Origin: Heterodontus francisci
Lineage: Eukaryota
Assembly (NCBI RefSeq): GCF_036365525.1
Contig: NC_090387.1
Location: 89,383,691-89,447,690, forward strand
Reading direction: 5' to 3'
DNA: 64,000 nt
The position numbers and the translations under genes were made by a program. The notes beneath the pieces were generated by a model. That model was given only the letters and a program-made list of their open reading frames with translations. It was not told where the DNA came from and ran no database searches. Positions 1 through 11,775 of the stretch are shown here, in pieces (within the stretch, counting starts at the first letter, position 1; every line of letters starts with the position of its first letter).

Positions 1-116
1 CCCCCACCCCCCGCGACATCCTCCAGTGTAAAGTTCGAAATGGGCTGAAACAAAACGTCGGGTTGTTAACCTTGATTAATGTCCCATTAACGATATTTTC
101 CTTCATTATTTTTTAG

Positions 117-428
117 CTCCACCAACTCCACTGAAAATTAACTCTCAGCAACCTGAGAAGGATTCATCTGTTTCTCTGACTGTTGTGTGCGTGACATCTC
201 CCTTTTATCCAGAGAGTATCAGCTTCACTTGGTATAAGGATGGCAACAAAACTACAACAGGGATAAGTAACGATATTGAACCCAACACCGACGGACTATA
301 TGAAGCCTCCAGCCGCTTGCAAGAGACGCAGTTTGTCCCGCCCGGAACTGTTTATATCTGCCTGGTCTCTCACAGTAGCCTCCAAAATGCAGCCATTGCC
401 ACTTACATTGTCACCTATCACAGCACAG
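117..428 (+). CDS. Copy A C1-set Ig exon
   Basis: ttttag|ctcc acceptor, acag|gtgaga donor; VVCVTSPFYPESISFTWYKDG..NTDGLYEASSRL..YICLVSHSSL. Confidence 0.95.
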
Positions 429-3400
429 GTGAGATTTCAGATAAAATTCGGAGAATCGTCGGCATCGAAAGAGGTCATTTGGCCCAGCGTGTCTGTGCGG
501 CCTCTTTGAAAGAGCTGTCCAGTTTAGTCCCCATAACTGCAAATTAGACAACTTTAAGCAACATGTCCAATTGTCTTTTGAAAATTCCTGTCTAAATTGC
601 TTCCAACAATCTTTCAGCTCGTGTATTCTGCATCTCAACAACCCCCATGAGAAAAGAATTCCCCTCAAAACCTCTCTAGTCTTTTTGCCAATAGATTTAA
701 ACCTATGACTGCCGGCTATCGACCCATTTCTTCAGAAGAATGTTTCTTTCTACTTGATTCACTAAAAGCCTTCATAATTTTGAATATTTCTCTTAGATAT
801 CCCTTTAATTTTCTGTGTTTTAATGAGAGCAATCCTAGCTTCGCCAATATCTCCAAGTAGCTGAAGGCCCTCCTCCCTGTTCGAGCCGGTAAATCTCGCC
901 TGAATTCTCTGCAAGACCTTGACATTCTTTGAAAATGCGGTGCCCAGCATTGTGCACAATAATCTAACTGAGAACTAACCAAAGATGTGTAAACTTTAGC
1001 ATGGCTTCCATGTTTTTGTATCCAATGCCTCGATTCACAAAACTAATTACCGCACAAGCTTCCTTAACCGACTTATTAACTTGCTGTGCTACCTTCAAAG
1101 ATGTGTAAATATGCACCCCTATCTTCTCCTGATTTAGTATACCCCTCAAAATCGCACCATTTCCATTTTACTACCTCTCATTATTTCACCCAAAGTGCAC
1201 ACTTCAGACTTATCCACATTGAATTGCACCTACCATTCGCGCAACAGGGAAAGCAACGCACAGTGGCGCAGTGGTTAGCACCGCAACCTCACAGCTCCAG
1301 CGACCCGAGTTCAATTCCGGGTACTGCCTGTGTGGAGTTTGCAAGTTCTCCCTGTGTCTGCGTGGGTTTTCTCCAGTTTCCTCCCACATGCCAAAGACTT
1401 GCAGGTTGATAGGTACAGGTGGGGATGTGGTAGGAATATGGGATTAGTGTAGGATTAGTATAAATGGGTGGTTGATGGTCAGCACAGACTCGGTGGGCCG
1501 AAGGGCCTGTTTCAGTGCTGTATCTCTAAACTAAACTAAAATTCGTCTGCCCATTTCCTCACTGTATTTTCTTCCAATGTCTGCTACTTCCTTTCTCACC
1601 ATTTACTACGTTACCAATTTTGCCTCATTAACAACCTTCAAATTGTACTCCCTATATCACGTCCCAGCCATTTATGCATATCAGGTAAAGTATTAGTCCT
1701 GATACTGATCCCTGAGGGAATCCCACTGCATATTTCTCTCCTGTCAAAAATCCACTCTCTGTCACCTATCACTTAGCAAATTGCATACCCAAGGTACCAT
1801 GGTGCATTAAATCCAATATGTCATAGCTCAACATTCGTTTGTTTAATAATATCGCACCTTAATACTAAATGATTAAAACAAAAAGATTTGCATTTATGTA
1901 ACGATTTTCACGACCACTGGACATCTCAAAGTGCTTTACAGCCAATGAAGTACTTCTGAAGTATTTTCACTGTTGTAATGTAGAAAACGCGATAGCCAAT
2001 TTGCATACAGCAAGTTCCTACAAACAGCAATGTGATAATGACCAGATAATTGGTTTTGTGATTTTGATTGAGGGATACATATTGGCGAGCACACCAAGGA
2101 TAACTGCCCTGCTCTTCTTTGAAATAGTACAATGGCCATTTTTATATCCCCTTGAGAAGGCAGATAGGGGCTTGATTTAATATCACATCTGTAAATCAGC
2201 ACCTCCAACAGTGCAGCAGTGCAGCATTCCCTCAGTACTACGTTGGAGTGTCAGCCTTAACTTTTGTGCTCAAGCCCTAAAGTAGAACTTGGACCCAGAA
2301 CCTTATGACTCAGAGGCAAGAGTGCTACCAATTAATCCATGGCTGATGTCAACTGCAATAACTGACTGAAAAGATTTCGAATTCTCTATCTTTCAGGGTA
2401 TTGTCATATTGAATTGAACAGCATACAGGTTCGGATTTATATATTTAATGTACATCTTTCAGGTGGAGAAAACAACTGTTACTTGCTGGTTTCTGCATCT
2501 GCAGGGGGCGTGGTGGTATTATTGGTGATAGGTCTCATTATTGCCAAGCGATGTGTGGCAAAGAAAAACAATGGTAAGAAATAATTCAGTTTTCTTTTAT
2601 TAAAGTTAGCACAAGTTTCAAAGCGACATTAGTTAGCCTGTCCCACAGGAACACAGGTGATTGCTGAACACAAACGTTCTCCTGGGGTTTAAAATATATG
2701 GGACCCTACCCAGGCACTCCAGGGTACCAGTATAGGGGTACATTCACATTTCTGAAATGGAGTCGAATTTTCGAAGGTCTTCAGTCACTGACAAGAGATT
2801 CGGGGTGGATTTCTATGTGCTCGCTAGTGACCGGAACGGAGAAGGTAGGCCATAAAATATCAAAGGAAGGCCGCGGATGGACTGCCCTGCACCTTCTCGT
2901 CGCCATGCGTTTGTTCCGGGATGCGAAAGGCTTTCTCACCCAAAGGCTAATTGAGGCCATTAAGTGGCGAAGTAATAGCCAATTAAGGGCCTCTTCCCAT
3001 CGCCGCTGGCATTCGACGAGAGGTGGGGTGTCTCGACGTGGGAAGATCCAAGTTCAACAAGGTGATGCCCAGCAGTCTTGGGGCGGGGATGGGGACTCCT
3101 CTGTGGGCGATCTGTGACCCACAGAGGGACCCCGATGGCAAAGGCCACCCCTCCATGAACAGCCCCTCTCATCCTCAATGACCTACGTCCTCCCTCCCCC
3201 TCGGCAGGGCCTGCCGGACTAGACCTGGTGACCCCGCCACTTTTACGAGGGTATGGGGCCCCAGTGAACGTCCACTTGTAGTACCAGCAATGGTCACCGC
3301 TCCCAGTGGCCACTGATCCGCTAGCCGTTTGATTGGCTGATAGTTCTTTGGGGTGGGATCCCAAATGAAAATGACCGAAACCAAAGCCCAGGCAGTTACT

Positions 3401-6400
3401 TGCCCGACTGTCATCAAATAGAGACGGGTGAGGGGGGTGGGGGGGTGTTGGGGGAGAGGGTCCTCAAAGGTCTAAACCGAGGTTCCCCTCTTAGGCCCAG
3501 CGTCAGGACCGTTGCCGTTTCCACGAAATTCAGCGCTCAGACTTTTGGGTGCTTTATTGAAAAATCTCCTCTGTGATTTAACGCCATTCTGGTAATGAAC
3601 ATAAAAATTTATGCTGTGTCCATGCGATTTTTCAATCAGACTCTCACTATTTCACTGGTATTTGAACAATCTTGCTCCTATTGTCAAATGTGATCAGAAA
3701 CCAAGCAATTCTGAACAACAAATGTGATATCTAGGTCATATAATTTACATTGAATCTACCAGATGTATCTTTCTAAGCCGAGTAAATGTTAAAGATAAAG
3801 TCTTAAACTTCATTCATTACCAGGAGGGAAGAACGATGGTGAAAGATCCAACTCTCCCGAACAGCAGGTAGGTTTTCATAATTCGTACTAATGTATTTCA
3901 AATGTAAATATAAATGTAACAATGTTGTACTGTATTTAATGCAATAATTTGCGCGTTTCATTTCCTACTGTACAAATTCAGACAAAATAGCACAGGTTGA
4001 ATTCAGTGCTTATGCAACAGACAATCTCCTATAAGCACATAACCAGTAAAGGACTGGTAAAAAGGACGAGTGGGGTCGATTAGGGTCCTAAAAGGGAATT
4101 TACGCATGGAAGCAGAGGGCATCCCTGAGGTACGAAATGTGTACTTTGCATCGGTCTTTAGCGAGGAAGAAGATGCTGCCAAAGTCAGAGTGAAAGGGAG
4201 GTAGTTGAGACACTGGATGGGCTAAAATGGACAAAGAGGAAGTATAGATCAATTGGCTGTAATTAAAGTTGATAAGTCATCAGGTCGGGATGAGATGCAT
4301 CCAATGATATGTAAGGATAGAAATTGCAGATGCATTGGCTATAATCTTCTAATCCTCCTTCGATATAGTTGTGGTGCCAGGGGACTGGAGAATAGGAAAT
4401 GTTACACTATCGTTCAAAAATGTATGTCAGGACAAGTCCAGCAACTGCAGGCCAGTGCAACTTCGGCAGCAGGAATGCTTTTAGAAACGATGATTCAGGG
4501 CAAAATTAATAGTGACTTAGACAAATGTGGAGTAAGTAAGGAAAGTCAGCACGGATTTGTTAAGGGCAAAGCGTGTATAGCTAACTTGGCTGAGGTTTTG
4601 TTTTTGATAAGGTAACAGGCAAGGTTGATGAGGGTAATGCCACTGACGTGCTGTACATGGACTTCCAAAAGGCCTTTGATATAGTGCCACATAACAGGCT
4701 TGTCAAGAAAGTTAGATCCATGGAATAAATGGGACAGTAGCAACATGGATACGAAAATAGCTGAGTGACAGAAAGCAGAGAATAGCGGTGAACAGTTTTT
4801 TTTGGACTGGAGAAAGACTGGATTCCCAGGGGTTGGTGTTGGGACCTCTGCTTTTCTTGACACATATTACAGAGTTAGACCTGGTTGTACAAGACACAAT
4901 TTCAAAATTTTCGGTGTCACAAAACATGGAAGCATTGTGAACTGTGAGGAGGATAGTGATAAACTTCAAGAGGACACAGGCAAACTGATGGAATGGGTGG
5001 ACAAGTGGCAGATAAAATTAAATGCAGAAATTGTGAAGTGATTTGTTTTGGTAGGAAGAACGAGGGAAGACAATATAAATTAAATGTTACAATTCTAAAA
5101 TGGGTGCAGGCTCAGAGGAACCTGGGGGTGCAAGCACAAATCATGGAAGTTGCAGGGCAGGTTGAGAAATCGGTTAATAAATCATATGAGATCCTGGGCT
5201 TCATAAATAGGGGCATAGAGTACAAACACAAGGAAGTTATGATAAACCTGTATAAAACACTGGTGCGGCATCAACTGAAGTAAAGTGTCAAGTTCTGGGC
5301 ACGACACTTTCGGAAGGATATGAAGGCATTGGAGATGGTGCAGAAAAATCACGAGAATGGTTCCGGGGTGAGGAACTTCAGTTACGTAGATCAGATAAAG
5401 AAGCTGGGTCTGTTCTCTGGGAGAAGAGAAGACGAAGAGGAAATTTGATATAGGAGTTTAAACTCATGAGGCGTCTGGACAGAATAGATAAGGAGAAACT
5501 GTTCCCGTTGGCTGAAGATCAAGAATCAGAGGACACCGATTTAAGGCGATTGGCAGAAAAAAACGCAAAAGTGACAGCGAGTGGTTCGGAGTTGGAATGT
5601 ACTGCCCGGGGGTGTGGTGGTGGCTGATTCAGTTGAGGCCTTCAGAAGAAAGCTGCATAACCATCTGAAGAGAAACAAGAAGTGCAGGGTTACATGGAAA
5701 AGGCAGGGAAGCAGGGATAGGTGAGCTGCCCTTGCAGAGATCCGTCACGGACACGATGGGCCGAATGACCTACTCTGTGCTGTAGCCATTCTATGATTCC
5801 ACGATTCGATATGGAAACAATCTTTCTCAATAGATTCGAGGCACGTGAATTATAACTGTCATTTGCTGACTTATCATCCACTGTAATGAATAGTCGCAAA
5901 ACATTGCTTTAACCTCCTGGATACAATAAGATACAGGGGAGGTACCAGAGGATTCGATAGTGGCAAATGTGACATTCTTATTCAAGAAAGGTGGAAGGAC
6001 AGTCCTAGCAACTACAGGCCAGTTAATTTAACATCAGTGCTGGTTAAAGTTTTAGAAAAATATCAACGGACACTTAGAGAGGTTCGAATTACTTAAGGAT
6101 AGCCAGCATGGATTTGTAAAAGGGAGATCATGCTTGACTATTCCAGTTGTATTTTTTGATGAAAAAACAGAGAAGGTTGATGAAGGGAATGGGATGGAAG
6201 TTATTTATATGGATTTTAAGAAAGTACGTGATAAAGTGCCACATAAAAGGCTGGTAAACAAAATTGAGGCTCGTGGAATAGGAGGTTCAGTGTACAATTG
6301 GATAATAGAAATTAGCTTAAAGGCAAAAACGGTGAGTTGTATTAAATAGTTGCTTTTCGTACTGGGAGATGCTAGACAGTGATGTTCCCCAAGGTCCTGT

Positions 6401-9400
6401 GATGGGACCACTGTTTATTGCTATATAGAAATGACTTGGATCTTGGAATACAGAGTAGAATCTCAAAATTGCTGATGGCACCAAACGTGGAGAAGCAGCA
6501 AACAGTGAGCATGACATGAATCACCTACAACCGGATGTAGATGGACTAGAGAAGTAGGCAGAAAGGTGTCAGATGGAACTTAATACTGCCAAGCAAGAGG
6601 TGATGCATTTTGGCAGAAGGAATAGGGAAAGGTAATATATGCTTAACAGCACAGTTCTAAAGAGTGTGCAGGAACTGAGGAACTGGGGGTGCATGTGCAT
6701 GGATCTATGAAGGTGGCAGGACATGTTGAGAGAGTGGTTGGTAAAGCATATTGAATTTTGGGAGTTCATAAATAGAGGCATTGAGTGCAAAAGCAGAGAT
6801 ATTATGTGGAACCTTTCTCAAGCTCTGGTTAGGCCCAACTGCAGTGCTGTGTCCAGTTCTGGTTACCACACTTCAGTAAGGACGTGAAAGTTCTTGAGAT
6901 GGTGCAGAGGAGATCTACCGGAATGGTTCCAGGGATGGGAGATTTTAATTACAAGGATAGGTTTGGAAAATCTGGATTTGAACCCCTTAGAACAAAGGAG
7001 ATTGAGGAGAGATTTAATAAAAGTGTACAGGATTATCACAAGCCTTATATAAGTTCTAGATGAGCACTTAAAACGCCACAGCATACAAGGCTACGGGGAA
7101 AATGGGAGTAGAATGGTTAGGTGCTTGATGGCTGGCACGGACACCATGGCCGAAGGGCCGGTTTCTGTGCTGTATAACTCTGTGACTATATGACTCTCTC
7201 AGTTAGACAAGGAAAATATTGTTCCCATTACAAATGGTACAAGGACTAGGAGAAACAAATTGAAAATATTGGGCAAGAGATGCAGGGAGAATATGAGGAA
7301 ACAACTTTTTTATGCAGCGGGTGCTGAGGACCGGGAACTCGCTGCCCACAAGAGAGGTGGAAGTGGAGACAATCAATGACTTCAAGAGGAAGTTGGATGG
7401 CCACTAGAAGGAAATGGACTTGTAGGGTACTGAGATCGAGCCCCCTGCAGTGGGACTGATGCATAGCTCCGTTGAGCGCCGGCATGGACTCTATGGACCG
7501 AATGGCCTCCTTCTGTGCCGTAAATGACTCGATGACTCGATGGCTATCCAATGTCCATTTGCCAAATCTGACTAAATCCAGTACATAAGAGTTCAAATCC
7601 TGCCATAGTAATTTGATATTTTCAATTCAGTTTTCAAAAATCTACAAGCAAAATGTGGTAACAGCCAAAGTGACCATGAATTTGTCGTGTTCCCCTGAAA
7701 CCCCAACTGGTTCAATAATATCTGTCAGAGAAGGGCATCTGTCATCCTTAACCGCTCTGTCCGTTACTCCAGTCCACATCAACGTGGTTGACTCTTAACC
7801 TTCATCTGAAGTCTCCTGACATGCCCACCATCACCTTTTAAGGGCAGGCAGGGATAAACAATAAGTGCCGGCCTTGCCAGCGATGCCCACAGCTCTAGAA
7901 TTAATACAAAATCCTGCAGAATGTCACGAGCTGAAGATACAAGTTTTGCTATTTATTGTTCATGCGTGTGCACAGACCACGGAAGCGGAACTTCGGATGC
8001 ATTTGCTGTAATGTGAAAAAAAAAGAGGAGACAGGTGACAAGAAATCAGCATTCTTTTCAGTGGCCTCATTGGCATATCAGATTATCATTGGGTGGAATT
8101 TGTTTCTTCGCTGCACAGGCTGCGAGGACGAGCACGCACTGAGAACCTTCTCGGAAAATTGTGCGTTATTGTCCTCCATTTCCCGTAGATTGAAATCAAT
8201 GGACAGAAATGTGTTGGCATTTACTCGAGGTTTTCCCACATATACCGTCTGCTGCATGAAATTATGGATGCCGAGAAGCGAACAAAAGCTCCAACACATC
8301 AAGAGAGGCATTCCAACCATAGCTGAATCTTTCAGCAAATCTTTTCCCTTAGATATGTCTGTTATTTATTTTCCATTTGTATTACGAGTTCTAATTCTTC
8401 TCCACATTTAAGTCGTCAAAGTCTACCTGACACTGAAAGAAAGAGGTGGATATAGATATAGATGGAAAATATATAGATATATAATTGCATACATATTGTA
8501 TAGATATAATTTTTTTTGATATTCTGGATGAATTAAAGACTGAACGTAGTATTCTAAGTGTAGCGCAGAGGTGACTGCCAACTTCAAATAATCTCCTGTG
8601 TTCCACGTTCTAATAATTGTTTGCAGAATTCTATTCTCTATTTACTTGTTTGAACAATGAAAGTGACCTGACTACAGTTGTCCCAGACTCCCCTCTATCA
8701 CCCTGTGCTAATTCAATTCCATCCATTCTCTAACTGCAACACAGATTTTCCAATTCCGCTCAATTTCATAACAGGATCTAAATGATTTTTCCTATTTTTG
8801 TTGCAACAAATGTGTAGCTTCCAGTATATAAACCTTGACAGCTGCAGGTTATTTCAAGCAGTGAGTCAGGTCAATGGACTGCAGGGATGAACTTTGAGCT
8901 TTCGTTTTTCTTAATATTCTTCACCTGGATATTTCATGGGATTTCCATAACCTCAGTGGAATATTCGCGGAAATCTCAGAGAACCGACTTAAAGAGCGTT
9001 TTCAGCCATTTCCCCCATTTCTCCGGGGTTTCTCGTAATCACGAAGCCAAGTAAGATCAGGAGACGGGTTGTAGCTCTGTCGAGTTTTGAAGACAGATTT
9101 TGGCAAAATACCGCTTGACGTGAAACAACAAATGCATGTGGGGAGCACACAAACATACATCTGGTTGGTAGAATCACACTTCCCAAGGAATTTTCTTTAC
9201 ATTCATTTCAATGGAGGGAAAAGACATCGGGTCCTGTTGCCAGCAGCGCCTTCCCCGGAGTTTCCATTCTGCGCTCAGCGCTAACGTTGCTTAAAGCCGA
9301 GTCGGTAAAGACCAGACCCCCTTTTCACTGTCCCACAAACTGCTTATTTTTGTAAATAAGACTCATTCCGCCTGCTGGGCACTGATGGCGCAGGCAGACA

Positions 9401-10510
9401 CAGGGCAACAGTGACTGATATCGCATCCATTCAGTTAATGGATTGACTATGGAGTTGCAGTTTCCGTCCCTGCTCGCGTCGTTCTGCACACGGAGAGCCC
9501 AACCGAATTTATCTGACAACATAACAAGATATATATGTTTGTCCTTCAGACCATGCAGGGCACAGCCGATGTGATGGCGCCTTATGCTGAACTCGAGATA
9601 ATGAATCCCTTGAAAACTCCAAGACCAAAGCATCAAGAAAGGACAGCGCATGTCCAGGTAGGGGTGAGTAGCCGAACAAAGAGACACGGAATGCCTGTAA
9701 TTAAGAAGTAAAACGGTGAAGCGTAAGAAATGCTTTAATAGTGCTTTTATAGTGCTGTTGTACTTAACATTAATTCTGCCAAGCTTTGGCAATGGTCGTT
9801 ATGTCAGCTATAGCTCAGCTGGTCGCAACTTGACATCTAATTCACAAGGTTGTGGGTTCATCGTCGCATCCTGGAGAGTTGAGCACAAAATATTCGTTGA
9901 CATTCCTGTGCAGTACTGAGGGAAATCTACTTTGTTGGGGGTGCCGTCTGTCGAATGAGACCTTGGACTGAGGCCTCGGTTTCTTTGTTAGGCGAATCCC
10001 TTGACACTATTTCGAAGAAAAGCAGGGAGTTATCCCTAGTGTCCGAGTCAATAATTATTCTTCAATCAACATCACCAGAACAGATTATCTGCTGACTAAC
10101 ATACTGTCCGCGGGAGCTTGCTGTGAGAAAATCGGCAGCCATGTTTCCTACAGTACAACAGTTACTGCACTTCAAAAACTATTTCTTTGGCTGTTAAAAT
10201 GCTTTGGGGGTGTCTTGAGGTCGCGAAAGGCGTTATATAAATGCAAGTTTTTTCATTGTTTTTCAATTTGAATTCCAGAGCCTAACTTTACATTGCCGTT
10301 AACATATCGAACTAATTATATTCCCAAATATTGATTTCACAGACCAAGCAAAGGACACCTGATAATAAGCTGACTTACGCTGCTGTATCTATGGCAGGGT
10401 CAAAGAAAACAGCAAAGCCTAATTATAAGGATAAGAGCACGGAGTATGCTCAGCTACGGATTGAAAAACAAAGAGCAGACGTGATTTACACCGAACCGAA
10501 AGCCACGTGA
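117..10510 (+). CDS. Copy A of the same receptor, 5'-partial (leader and V exons presumably upstream of the window); exons 117-428, 2463-2573, 3824-3867, 9550-9663, 10343-10510
   Basis: Exon sizes (312, 111, 44, 114, 168), splice sites and phases identical to copy B; open frame to TGA at 10508-10510. Confidence 0.88.
445..1820 (-). mobile_element. Old CR1 LINE fragment (mirror copy ~47570-48665, +)
   Basis: Degenerate QLDYCAQCWAPHF / LGLLSLKHRKLKG RT C-terminal motifs. Confidence 0.75.
1240..1540 (+). mobile_element. tRNA-derived V-SINE (HE1-like), left arm only
   Basis: A/B boxes (tggcgcagtgg, gttcaattcc), V-domain gtggagtttgca.gttctccc, CR1-like tail and (ctaaa)n; TSD attcg 1235-1239/1541-1545; empty site in right arm ~47860. 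Confidence 0.85.
1885..2350 (-). mobile_element. Deu-domain SINE (mirror copy ~47095-47525)
   Basis: Deu core (actgagggaatgctgcact...gaagagcaggg...tatccctcaa) with L2-like tail. Confidence 0.75.
2463..2573 (+). CDS. Copy A transmembrane exon GGENNCYLLVSASAGGVVVLLVIGLIIAKRCVAKKNN
   Basis: ctttcag| acceptor, g|gtaaga donor, 111 bp, hydrophobic helix. Confidence 0.9.
2801..3537. mobile_element. GC-rich non-autonomous DNA transposon/MITE (mirror copy ~45875-46638)
   Basis: Abrupt GC-rich block in an AT-rich intron; imperfect terminal inverted repeats (ggggtggatttc / ggcctgaatttc); no coding capacity. Confidence 0.5.
3824..3867 (+). CDS. Copy A short cytoplasmic exon GGKNDGERSNSPEQQ
   Basis: cattaccag| and cag|gtaggt, 44 bp, phase 1-0. 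Confidence 0.8.
4000..5800 (+). mobile_element. CR1 LINE ORF2 remnant (mirror ~43270-45080)
   Basis: DKSSGRDEMHP, SQHGFVKGK, YMDFQKAFD, LGFINRGIEYK motifs; frameshifted. Confidence 0.85.
5910..7540 (+). mobile_element. CR1 LINE remnant(s) (mirror ~41990-43170 lacks ~0.75 kb)
   Basis: YMDFKKVRDKVPHKRL motif; CR1 3' ends with (tgactc)-like tails at ~7190 and ~7535. Confidence 0.8.
9550..9663 (+). CDS. Copy A cytoplasmic repeat-1 exon (APYAEL)
   Basis: tgtccttcag|acc, ggg|gtgagt; phase 0-0; appears identical to the copy B exon. Confidence 0.72.
9800..10250 (+). mobile_element. Deu-domain SINE (mirror ~37580-38185)
   Basis: tRNA-like head, Deu core, tail aaaggcgttatataaatgcaag. Confidence 0.75.
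10343..10510 (+). CDS. Copy A terminal exon with LTYAAV, TEYAQL and VIYTEP tyrosine motifs
   Basis: ttcacag|acc; 55 codons then TGA. Confidence 0.88.
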   Translation, partial: TKQRTPDNKLTYAAVSMAGSKKTAKPNYKDKSTEYAQLRIEKQRADVIYTEPKAT

Positions 10511-11169
10511 TATTTGCGTCCAATGCGGAATCCGTTTTTTATGTGTGTAGATCTAACTGCAGCAACATTATCCGAACAACAACATGAGAAATTAATAACA
10601 ACGATTTGAGGGGAAGGGTGGAGATTGCCAGTTTAATAGCAGTCGATAATTAATAAGTATTTAGAAGCAGTCGCTCCTGTATGATTGTCTCCTTCACTTT
10701 AATTAAGACGTTGCGAATGAAATAGATTGTAGAAATTCACTGACACGATGGTCAAATTATGCTCCAACAGGTCCCAAACGTCCAAGGCCAGTGAACTGAT
10801 TCGGCTTCACAGTTGTATTTAGTATTTACTGTCAATGGTGTTTGAATTTTACGCATCTTTTGAAAGGGTTGGGTTTACAGTTGTTTCCCGATTGACAAAT
10901 AAACCCTAAATCAGAGCACTGTGATCGGTCAGGTACCAATAACCGAGTTATTTGAAAATTAATAGAAACGGGGATATAATTTTCCGGGGTATAAATTCGA
11001 CTTGGACGGTAGTGCAAAACGGACGGTAAGGGATAGGTCACAGGTTTTGCGTTCCGTTTGATTATCTTTTATATTGAATTTTGGCTTTAGCGATTGCATT
11101 GGGGTGAAACAAAATTAGTCGCAATGAACAATGAATAAGCTATAAAGAAACAAATAATGAAACAACATT

Positions 11170-11515
11170 TATATTACAATTTCTGCGAATTCAGCTCCTC
11201 CGAAACCACTTCATGGTCACTGAAGTGCTTTTCAAGGGTAATCACCATTATCAGGGAGGACAATTGGGACAGGCAGCAACAACACAGCATGTTCCCACAT
11301 ACAATAATTAAAATGGATGATTAGATAACTGTTTCAGTGTTGGTGGTTCAGGGATAACTATGGCCAGGACACTAGGAGAAATTTGCTTTTCTTCTGCAAA
11401 TAGTACCATGGGTTCTTTTACCATGAGTGGCCAGACGGGAATTTGATTTAATGCCTCTTCCCAAAGAGGGTACAGATGTTGACAGTGCAGCATCCCACAG
11501 TGCTGCATCAACACG
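11170..11515 (-). mobile_element. Degenerate Deu-domain SINE (mirror ~36245-36660)
   Basis: ccatggtactatttgcagaaga...gtcctggcca...tatccctgaacc core. Confidence 0.6.
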
Positions 11516-11775
11516 TCCTGGATTTCTGGATTTGCTCTTCAATTTCGCATTCATTTGAACAGTGCTATTTAATATTCTGCATATAGGTGAACGCAGAATT
11601 GAAAAGTAAATCCAGGAAATAGTGCCAGAGGGCAAAACATCACAATAGAAGAAAAGCTAGTTCCCTTAAAAACAGGTATTTTAAAGTTGTTTGTTGTTAC
11701 TCAGAAGTTGCAATAATTCTTCAAAAGAGCCTGCAGAATCTAAACTGTTTAGTACATTGTAAATGTGTCAGGATT

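Noticed and set aside
1260-1325. tRNA gene
   Set aside because: tRNA-derived SINE head, repeated several times and followed by V-domain and LINE tail.
7976-8034. cacag|acc...cag|gtgaca exon-like segment
   Set aside because: Stop codon in the required phase and A-run length differs between copies.
8790-8866. Possible pseudo-exon (FQYINL) ending in gtgagt
   Set aside because: No in-phase AG acceptor in either copy.
9325-9792. 155-aa ORF conserved in both arms (also 38192-38659)
   Set aside because: Antisense to exon 6, non-ATG start, no recognisable domain; conservation is explained by duplication and conversion.
10898-10903. AATAAA as polyadenylation signal of copy A
   Set aside because: Not conserved in copy B (aataca); cannot be supported without transcript data.
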